Source: a virus (taxonomy: Duplodnaviria; Caudoviricetes). From it: a DNA stretch of 34,394 nt. A program made the translations under genes and the position numbers. The stretch is from positions 1 through 34,394 of the IMG/VR virus record IMGVR_UViG_3300024232_000046; one strand, written 5' to 3'. The notes under the pieces are model-generated. The model ran no database searches. It was not told where the DNA came from and saw nothing but the letters and a program-made list of their open reading frames with translations. Positions within the stretch are counted from its first letter, which is position 1, and each line of letters begins with the position of its first letter. Below are positions 9,036 to 15,093 of this stretch, in pieces.

Positions 9036-9223
9036 GCGGACCTCCTCACGATCAGTCCAGAGTCACGATTCCCGATCCGCAGACAGATCGCGCAGTCAGG
9101 TCCTGGACAGACATGGGGGAACGTCGATTGCTCCACTGATAGCGGCTGGCGCGCCAGTTCCGCGTCTGCGCGCCGACACTCGTCTAGCCATTCCAGACGC
9201 CGCGCCCTCGAGGCCGGCGTCAT
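9032..9223 (-). CDS. Hypothetical Cys-rich protein (63 aa)
   Basis: MTPASRARR...HVCPGPDCAIC. ATGA overlaps at both ends. Confidence 0.65.
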   Translation of the reverse strand: MTPASRARRLEWLDECRRADAELARQPLSVEQSTFPHVCPGPDCAICLRIGNRDSGLIVRRSA

Positions 9224-9480
9224 GCGGACCGCCGGCGTTCGAGACGGATCCTCTCGAGCTCCGCGCGGATGAGCGCGAGTTGCTGATCGGCGATTCGCCG
9301 ATGATGCAGATTGTTGGACGGACTCGGGACATAGACGCGCGCCGGACGGAGGCGCGCCCGTCTCGAGGCATCGGCCGTGCGACAGGCCGGCCCGCAGTAG
9401 GCCCGATCCGCGAGGTGTGAGGCATAGGCCGCCGTCACGGGGACCGTGCAGCCCGGCCGGAGACAGGGTTTCGTCCACAT
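9220..9480 (-). CDS. Hypothetical zinc-finger protein (86 aa)
   Basis: SD AGGGGGG, then MWTKPCLRPGC...YCGPAC and a basic helical C-terminus. Confidence 0.7.
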   Translation of the reverse strand: MWTKPCLRPGCTVPVTAAYASHLADRAYCGPACRTADASRRARLRPARVYVPSPSNNLHHRRIADQQLALIRAELERIRLERRRSA

Positions 9481-9540
9481 AGCGCCCCCCTTGTACCTGA
9501 TCACCCTAAGAGCCGCTTAGAAGGCAGACCCGGATCCGGA

Positions 9541-9760
9541 TCTTGAAATAGAGAGTACATACGTACTAGTACTAGTAGGCGCGCGGTGTATCGCAATCGG
9601 ATATATACCACCCGTAGTGGTCGAGTCAGATTGTGCAACAGGTTAGCCGATCGTGTCCTGTGGAAAAGTCCCCAAAAACTGTGGAAAAGTCCCCCGCGAT
9701 CTGTGGAAAAGTCCCCCGGAATCGGCCTATCCCTGTGGACGGATCTGTGGAAAACCGATT
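9541..9760. promoter_or_regulatory. Putative replication origin with DnaA boxes and a DnaA-trio-like unwinding element
   Basis: Minus-strand TTTTCCACA at 9659, 9680, 9702 and 9746, with degenerate boxes at 9632 and 9734. GC cluster 9578-9586, TAC-TAG-TAC-TAG-TAG at 9564-9578, and an AT-rich tract at 9541-9563. Confidence 0.7.
9658..9717. repeat. Three iteron-like direct repeats, CTGTGGAAAAGTCCCC, with a 21-22 bp period
   Basis: Copies start at 9658, 9679 and 9701. Confidence 0.95.
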
Positions 9761-9768
9761 TTTCCCGA

Positions 9769-10153
9769 TTAATGATTCGCACGGCGAAATCCTGGGATCT
9801 GCAACAGCGTCTCGATCGGTGTCTCTTAGGGAACCGCAGTACCGCGCCCGCCTTGACCCGATGAGCGTCGCACGGTAGCCAGCCGAGGAGTTTTGTCGGC
9901 TGTGATGGCGACGGTGGGGGCAAACTCCATCACGGCGCAGAACATCACGGACATCAACGCGGCGATTGTCGCCATCGCGGCGGCGGTCACGGCGGCGAAT
10001 GCGCCAGAGCCAGTCCTGCGAGGGTCCCCCCGGGTTCGTCACGGGGACGAACTTCGGGGGGACTCTGTTCCCTTGCCGGTCTACGTAGACCTTTCTGGCA
10101 CGGGTGGACAATTCCGCGGGACAACAGCACCTGACTTCGACCTCGATCAGCAT
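9769..10153 (-). pseudogene. Probable fragmented small phage gene (three pieces)
   Basis: Pieces: MLIEVEVRCCC (10153-10121, SD-led), QPTKLLGWLPCDAHRVKAGAVLRFP (9902-9828) and ETPIETLLQIPGFRRANH* (9825-9769). They are separated by a 218-bp insert and a frame change. The joining rests on my recollection of a phage family and is not verified. Confidence 0.4.
10013..10122 (+). ncRNA. Candidate structured RNA or ssDNA element (three-way junction)
   Basis: P1 is 10013-10020/10115-10122, P2 is a hairpin at 10021-10066, and P3 is a hairpin at 10067-10109 containing the 14-bp palindrome GGTCTACGTAGACC. Several non-Watson-Crick pairs are G-U on the + strand. Confidence 0.5.
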
Positions 10154-10335
10154 GAGCGGATCCCCTCGATCGCCGCGGCCATCCGGCCGGCGTGATACCG
10201 CGTCAAAAAGACCCACTCACAGGCCCGGCAGCGCCAATGCGTCCGCGGCGTCGCGTGTCGCTCGAGCGCCTTGCGCCGGGACCCGTTGAGCGGTCGCCGA
10301 CAGTCCCGACAGGCCGGGAGGACCGCGGCCGTCAT
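10147..10335 (-). CDS. Small zinc-ribbon protein (62 aa)
   Basis: CRDC...CRAC motifs and an ATGA-coupled start. Confidence 0.65.
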   Translation of the reverse strand: MTAAVLPACRDCRRPLNGSRRKALERHATPRTHWRCRACEWVFLTRYHAGRMAAAIEGIRSC

Positions 10336-10550
10336 GCGCGGATCGCCTCGAGGACGCGATACCCCAGGCGGCGCCAGGCCTCGGCCGGTTTCCGCTCGAT
10401 CCGGCCGCTCGGTTGAATCTCTGCCGTCGACGGCGACGTGATCTCGAGCTGTCCGCGAAAATAGAAGGCCTCGGCGTACCAGGTGATCCCGAAAATACGG
10501 ACGGCCTCCGGCGCGTAAATCATCGGCCGCTCAATCACTTTGTATTCCAT
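10332..10550 (-). CDS. Hypothetical protein (72 aa)
   Basis: Tightly packed between neighbouring genes, with protein-like composition. Confidence 0.65.
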   Translation of the reverse strand: MEYKVIERPMIYAPEAVRIFGITWYAEAFYFRGQLEITSPSTAEIQPSGRIERKPAEAWRRLGYRVLEAIRA

Positions 10551-11066
10551 TCAGCGGCCCCGTACTGGTTCCGCGTCGACGATCGGACCGGCCCCCGCGG
10601 CGAGGAGGCGATCGGCGGCCGGCATTTGTCCCGTTACATAGATCCGATCGACCTCCGGCCCGATGTACTGCGCGACCGTTTGCTGATTCGGGAGGAGGAC
10701 ATGCGCGAGGAATTCCTCTTCGAACGTCGCGATCCCGCTTTCGACGGCCTCGAGTTTCGCTTTGATTACCAGGAGCAGCGCTCGCCAGCGTGTCCGCTCC
10801 TCCTGTTCGATCACTTTCGCGACGCCGGAGGCCGTTCGCTGGAGGTACGAATTCTTGATCCGCTTGTGTTTTGGATCGTTCGGATCCGGGAGGCCGATCT
10901 CGAATTTCACGATCCGATTGTGCGCCTGAAACTGGACGGTGGCGAGATGCGCCTCATGGTCTACGCCGGCCATGAATTTGACGCATTTGTGCCGCGCGAG
11001 TAACCGCTCAATTTCGGCCCGCGACTTCTCGACCGGTACGGACGTATTGGAGGCGTACGCCATCAT
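10551..11066 (-). CDS. Conserved phage hypothetical protein (~171 aa)
   Basis: MAYASNTSVPVEKSRAEIERLL...WRALLLVIKAKLEAVESGIATFEEEFL resembles a common phage family. Start is coupled to the upstream stop. Confidence 0.8.
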   Translation of the reverse strand: MMAYASNTSVPVEKSRAEIERLLARHKCVKFMAGVDHEAHLATVQFQAHNRIVKFEIGLPDPNDPKHKRIKNSYLQRTASGVAKVIEQEERTRWRALLLVIKAKLEAVESGIATFEEEFLAHVLLPNQQTVAQYIGPEVDRIYVTGQMPAADRLLAAGAGPIVDAEPVRGR

Positions 11067-11260
11067 CGGCCCGGCCGTTTCTTCGGCGACACAGGCCGTT
11101 GTCGCAGCGTGACGATCGGCAGTTGCCGCTCGAGCTCCGCGGACAGCTTGACGAGCGTTTCCGCATCGAGGCCGTTGATCAGCGCGGCGATCACGTCGGC
11201 CGGCGGCCCAGAGATTGACACCGTCAGTTTTAAGGGATCGGTTTTGGTGCGTTTCGCCAT
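11063..11260 (-). CDS. Hypothetical protein (65 aa)
   Basis: MAKRTKTDPLKLTVSISG..., with an ATGA overlap to the downstream gene. Confidence 0.65.
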   Translation of the reverse strand: MAKRTKTDPLKLTVSISGPPADVIAALINGLDAETLVKLSAELERQLPIVTLRQRPVSPKKRPGR

Positions 11261-11475
11261 TGGTTGACCTTTGCACAAAATGCCGGGCCATAGGTCGGCG
11301 CCGAGGATTTCACGAGGGACGTTCCGGGATCTCCGGTTTGCAACTCACGCCGATCCGCTGACGCACCAGACACGGCACGCTCGGATCTCCCGTCTCTCTC
11401 GCCGTTGCCCTATGCTCTCGCGCGGCGACTGCCGCCCCCGCGCGTGTCCTCCACTAGACGAACCCGGCAGACAGA

Positions 11476-11667
11476 TCAGCCGCGCGATCCATCCGTTCGT
11501 CGCCAGGCGGCCGCAAACGCCACGGCCGCCCGTCGCGCCTGATCCGCCGCGATCGCCACGTCCGTAAACGCGAACGTCAGTTTGTCCCCGATCGCTGATA
11601 GGCGACGCGCGATCACCCGTTGTCGGAGCATGTGTTGCCGTTTGGCTTTGATCTCATCTGTCCGCAT
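11476..11667 (-). CDS. Hypothetical protein (63 aa)
   Basis: AAAGGA SD-like sequence upstream. Basic and helical. Confidence 0.6.
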   Translation of the reverse strand: MRTDEIKAKRQHMLRQRVIARRLSAIGDKLTFAFTDVAIAADQARRAAVAFAAAWRRTDGSRG

Positions 11668-11688
11668 GGTGTCCGATCCTTTCGTTGA

Positions 11689-11907
11689 TCAGCCGTGCGC
11701 CCTTTCCGCCATTCGCCGGATCGCCGTCCGGCATTGATCACACTCGACCCATCGATCGAGCTCCCCGGACCGCATCGCGCGCCGCGCGTCCGCCGTGGTG
11801 ACGTCTCGAGCCGTGATCGCCGCGCCGCAGGCCGTGCGACCGGCAGCGCCGCGTGATCCATTGATCCGCCGGCCGGCCCGCACAAACCCGATCCGTAGAT
11901 GGCCCAT
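11689..11907 (-). CDS. Hypothetical protein, possible Zn site (72 aa)
   Basis: GGAG SD, with an H...TACG...CDQC pattern. Confidence 0.6.
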   Translation of the reverse strand: MGHLRIGFVRAGRRINGSRGAAGRTACGAAITARDVTTADARRAMRSGELDRWVECDQCRTAIRRMAERAHG

Positions 11908-11940
11908 GGTTCGATCTCCGTGTGCGTCTGATAAGTCCGA

Positions 11941-12339
11941 TTATGTTGGGTTCCGCTGTTGCTTCGCCCGGTAGCGGTGTACCGCGGCCCGATTCCGATC
12001 GGCACACGTCTGACAACATTGCTTGCCCTCGACCCGTTCCGCCCCGCAGCGACAGCGGCCGGCCGCAAACCAGGACGCCCGCGCCCGCCGCTGATCCGTG
12101 AAGTACTCCGCCGACCGATCCCGCTCATATTGAAACTGACAGCGCCGACAGAGGATCGCCCGCGGCCCGCTGATACTGCGCCGCCCTAACACGTCGCGAT
12201 GATTCCGAGGGAGCGTCCGCCGACAGTCGCCGCGGCAGGTAAACAGATCCGGCGCGCCCGGTTTGTCGAACTCCCGGAGTAACGCCGTGTGCAGCTCGGC
12301 GTCCACAAATCGGTTGACGTCGAAATAATCCGATCTCAC
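11941..12339 (-). CDS. Cys/Arg-rich zinc-finger protein (132 aa)
   Basis: CRGDC, CRRC, CRCG and CCQTC motifs. GTGA overlap with the upstream gene. Confidence 0.7.
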   Translation of the reverse strand: MRSDYFDVNRFVDAELHTALLREFDKPGAPDLFTCRGDCRRTLPRNHRDVLGRRSISGPRAILCRRCQFQYERDRSAEYFTDQRRARASWFAAGRCRCGAERVEGKQCCQTCADRNRAAVHRYRAKQQRNPT

Positions 12340-12704
12340 CGGCGGCCCTTGCGGATCTCCGTGATCGTGATCCCGTACTGCGCTTCCACGAGTTTCTTTT
12401 TCAGCCGATAGAGGGGCGTGATCATGCCTTTGACGTCCTCAACTGTCAGGATGCCATCCGTCCCGTCCCGATAGCGAAAATCAGCGATATAGGCCGCGAC
12501 GATCACCCGGCGCCCATGCGGATCGGTGACGCAGATCGGATATGCCGGTTGCCGCTCGAGCTCGAAAATCAGGCCGGCCGACTCGAGCAAACAGAGCTCC
12601 CCGTACCGCGTCGCCTCCGCCTTCGATTGAAATCGGATCCCGCGGGACTCGCCGACTTTGGCACCGAACTTGTGCCGGCCGACGTTTCGCCAGGACCCCA
12701 TCAC
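12336..12704 (-). CDS. DUF1064-family protein (PD-(D/E)XK nuclease-like)
   Basis: HKFGAK...FQSKAEATRY...LERQP...YIADFRY...VEDVKG..TPLYRLKKKL. Confidence 0.88.
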   Translation of the reverse strand: MMGSWRNVGRHKFGAKVGESRGIRFQSKAEATRYGELCLLESAGLIFELERQPAYPICVTDPHGRRVIVAAYIADFRYRDGTDGILTVEDVKGMITPLYRLKKKLVEAQYGITITEIRKGRR

Positions 12705-12738
12705 CCGCCTTCAACTTTCTGGCGGCCCGCAGTCGCCG

Positions 12739-12948
12739 TTACAGTTGTTCTAGTGTCTCGAGCTCGAGCGCGGTCCGGACGAGCTCCCGGACGTTGTCTT
12801 TGAGTGAATCCGACCAGAACGGCCACCACGACGGGAGGCCATCCGGGGACCGATACGGCGCCGCGGCCGTGAGCATGTACACGATCTGCCGTCGGATCCC
12901 ATTGCTCCGTTTGGTCCGACGCGATCGGCAGTCCGTGATCGCGTTCAT
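12739..12948 (-). CDS. Hypothetical protein (69 aa)
   Basis: ATGA overlap with the upstream ORF. Confidence 0.55.
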   Translation of the reverse strand: MNAITDCRSRRTKRSNGIRRQIVYMLTAAAPYRSPDGLPSWWPFWSDSLKDNVRELVRTALELETLEQL

Positions 12949-13124
12949 TTCGCGCCCGCCTTCTCACGCTCGAGCATCGCCTCGAGGCGCCGGCGTGTGT
13001 TGAAAGCCTGGCCGACGTTCCCGCGGATGCGCCGCGCGGCGACGGCCAGGAGGACCGCCAGGAGGCCCAGAACGGCCAGGCTAGCGGCGATCAGGCGTCC
13101 GGCGAGGCTCAGCCCCTCAGCCAC
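12945..13124 (-). CDS. Single-TM membrane microprotein (~59 aa)
   Basis: VAEGLSLAGRLIAASLAVLGLLAVLLAVAARR..., GTG start after GAGG. Confidence 0.5.
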   Translation of the reverse strand: MAEGLSLAGRLIAASLAVLGLLAVLLAVAARRIRGNVGQAFNTRRRLEAMLEREKAGAK

Positions 13125-13225
13125 GGCCGCCTCGGCTGAGCGCCCGCCAGCCGTTCGCCGGCCGTCAGGAGGAAATCGGCCCCGTAGAGGCCGGCCGCGA
13201 TCGCGATCAGAATGTAGATGAGCAT
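13109..13225 (-). CDS. 38-aa membrane microprotein
   Basis: Manual translation: MLIYILIAIAAGLYGADFLLTAGERLAGAQPRRPWLRG*, with GAGGA upstream. Confidence 0.5.
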   Translation of the reverse strand: MLIYILIAIAAGLYGADFLLTAGERLAGAQPRRPWLRG

Positions 13226-13458
13226 TCGTCCTCAAAACGGTATCCGAATTGCCGGAGCGCCGATCCGGTTGGAAGTAATCGGCGTTTGACTTCCACGTCG
13301 CGTGACACCGTGCAGGCCTCGCGCGGAAATGCCCGCTTGGCCCATCGCCGCGCGTGTCGAATACAGCAGTCAGTTTTATGGATCAGTCCGACACTTGGAA
13401 CGTGAACCGCGTACGTGTAGCTGATGCGCGGGTTGCAGGTAATGGGTTGCGCGAACAT
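13207..13458 (-). CDS. Hypothetical protein, probably leaderless first early gene (83 aa)
   Basis: The ATG lies 6 nt after a -10 box and has no SD. Confidence 0.65.
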   Translation of the reverse strand: MFAQPITCNPRISYTYAVHVPSVGLIHKTDCCIRHARRWAKRAFPREACTVSRDVEVKRRLLPTGSALRQFGYRFEDECSSTF

Positions 13459-13464
13459 AGGCCC

Positions 13465-13493
13465 ATCTTAGCCAAGCGGTTTGTTACTGTCAA
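13465..13493 (-). promoter_or_regulatory. Near-consensus sigma70 promoter with operator in the spacer
   Basis: TTGACA-17 bp-TAAGAT. The spacer contains CAAACCGCTTGGC. Confidence 0.8.
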
Positions 13494-13677
13494 CCGCGCA
13501 CCATTTCAGGTGACGGCCGCCATAGCGCGCCGAGGCCGGCATAGCGGCCCCACAGGTGCAGCGCCGGCGGCCGGGCCGTGGTCGCCGGGCGTTCTCGCGC
13601 GCCGCGGCCGCTTTCGCGGGACTCGTGACCCGGCCGCCGAGACGGCCGAGCGCGACCGCGTGAGGATTTTTCGGCAT
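13468..13677 (-). CDS. Small basic nucleic-acid-binding protein of KNPxAVALGRLGG type (69 aa)
   Basis: MPKNPHAVALGRLGGRVTSPAKAAAARENARRPR...CTCG...HLKWC. Confidence 0.75.
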   Translation of the reverse strand: MPKNPHAVALGRLGGRVTSPAKAAAARENARRPRPGRRRCTCGAAMPASARYGGRHLKWCAVDSNKPLG

Positions 13678-13685
13678 CGCCTTGG

Positions 13686-13715
13686 AGTCTAGCAAACCGC
13701 TTGGCCCGTTGTCAG
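13686..13715 (-). promoter_or_regulatory. Second sigma70-like promoter with the same operator inverted
   Basis: CTGACA-18 bp-TAGACT, 8 nt before ATG 13677. The spacer contains GCCAAGCGGTTTG. Confidence 0.65.
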
Positions 13716-13867
13716 CCGGCCGCCGGCCGAAAGGTTTTCGCGCAGACGTTACACAGGATCCACCCGCCCGACAATCGCTCGAGCATCCGATCCGCCGTAC
13801 AGAACGGACAGCGCAGCGCCGGCGCCTCCGTCTCACGCCGCGGCGTCTGGATCGGCCGCGGCGCCAT
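13712..13867 (-). CDS. 51-aa zinc-ribbon microprotein
   Basis: Manual translation: MAPRPIQTPRRETEAPALRCPFCTADRMLERLSGGWILCNVCAKTFRPAAG*. TGATG overlap with the upstream stop. Confidence 0.65.
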   Translation of the reverse strand: MAPRPIQTPRRETEAPALRCPFCTADRMLERLSGGWILCNVCAKTFRPAAG

Positions 13868-15093
13868 CACGGGGACACCAGGAGGACCGCCCGGCCGCCA
13901 CTCGCGCTGAGGCCGTCCGGCGTCCCGATCAGGAGGGAGATCCGCGGAAACATTGATGCCGGCGTCCCGGATGGCGTACTTTCGATCGACCAGGTATCCG
14001 TCGGCGTGATCGGAATGCCCAGGCCGGTAATGTTGCCGGTCGCGCCGGTACTGCTGATCGTCACGGTCGCCGCGGTCGGCGCGCCGTTTTTGCGGAGAGT
14101 AAACGTGTAACTTTTGCCGGCCGCGGGAACCGCGCTTGTCTCAGCGTACAGGGCTGTGACATAGATCGTCGCGAGGAGCGGCCCCGGATACGATCGCGCG
14201 GATTCCGTTGCACTCCAACTGTCGCCCGTCGCGTTGCAATTCGACCGCGGATAGGAATAGCGCGTCCCGGTATTGCTCGGCGCCGTCGCCGTGGTCACAC
14301 TCGCGATCATCCCCTGATCGGCCGTTGTCGGGACAAAGACGATCATTCCGGTATCCCACGTGGATCCGGTGGTACTGGTTGCCGGGCCGTACTGCACGGA
14401 CAGCAGATCGCCGGCCGCGACCGCGAGGGAAAACGTACTGTTCCCCGATCGCGTGCCAGAATTGATCGTCACCGTGGTGTTCGTGGTCCCGCCGGTCCCG
14501 TCCTGTTTGACGCCGTTCAGGACGAGGCTGTATTTGAACGATCCCCCGCCGGTCGCATTGGTCCGCGTCACGCACCGCATGGCGGTTACGGTCCCCGGCG
14601 AGCTGACGGTGTGCCGCGTACCATAGGTGCCCGCCGGTTCTGAACTTGTTCCGGAGATCACGCCGTTATCCGGCGAACTCAAGATCAGTTCCGACGCGAA
14701 TTCGTGGATATTCTCGCCGGCCGTCGTTGGGACGAACTCCATCACGCTCCGGAAATCAGCGGCCGCCGGCGTCCCGCTCACCGTGAGCGCGATCCGGATC
14801 GTGTCGCCGGCGGTGTAACTCACGCTGTTTGTCGGATCGGTCCCCTCCGTCGCCGTCCCGCTGATCGTGATCGCGAGCGCCGTATTCGCGTTGTTTTTCT
14901 GGAGTGTGAACGTGCGGGAATTCCCGACACCCGGCGCCGTCGCGAGCACCACTTTCCAATTCCGCATGTCGCCGGCCGTCGGCATTTCCGGCGAATCCGC
15001 GGCGTTCGCGAGCGACAGTGACAGGCCCCGGACCGCCGACACGTTGACGCCGGACCCCGACACCCCATGCACAAAAATCTGTTGAACGCTCAC
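13867..15093 (-). CDS. Tail fibre/spike-associated beta-rich protein (408 aa)
   Basis: Thr/Ser/Gly-rich with three related modules (e.g. RTFTLQKN and YTFTLRKN). Coupled to the fibre gene. Confidence 0.7.
   Translation of the reverse strand: MSVQQIFVHGVSGSGVNVSAVRGLSLSLANAADSPEMPTAGDMRNWKVVLATAPGVGNSRTFTLQKNNANTALAITISGTATEGTDPTNSVSYTAGDTIRIALTVSGTPAAADFRSVMEFVPTTAGENIHEFASELILSSPDNGVISGTSSEPAGTYGTRHTVSSPGTVTAMRCVTRTNATGGGSFKYSLVLNGVKQDGTGGTTNTTVTINSGTRSGNSTFSLAVAAGDLLSVQYGPATSTTGSTWDTGMIVFVPTTADQGMIASVTTATAPSNTGTRYSYPRSNCNATGDSWSATESARSYPGPLLATIYVTALYAETSAVPAAGKSYTFTLRKNGAPTAATVTISSTGATGNITGLGIPITPTDTWSIESTPSGTPASMFPRISLLIGTPDGLSASGGRAVLLVSP

Noticed and set aside
7443-9272. 609-aa plus-strand ORF, and similar antisense ORFs such as 16077-17369 and 22256-23251
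   Set aside because: Each is antisense to a well-supported gene and has no recognisable motifs.
9658-9754. Repeats as a mini CRISPR array
   Set aside because: The units are 16 bp with 5-6 bp gaps, far too short for spacers, and no cas genes are present.
9501-9923. ORFs 9501-9923(-), 9586-9864(+) and 9633-9878(+) as a Rep protein
   Set aside because: The translations simply mirror the DNA repeats (LWKSP, VEKSP, FHR) and show no HTH or Rep motif. A cryptic protein cannot be fully excluded.
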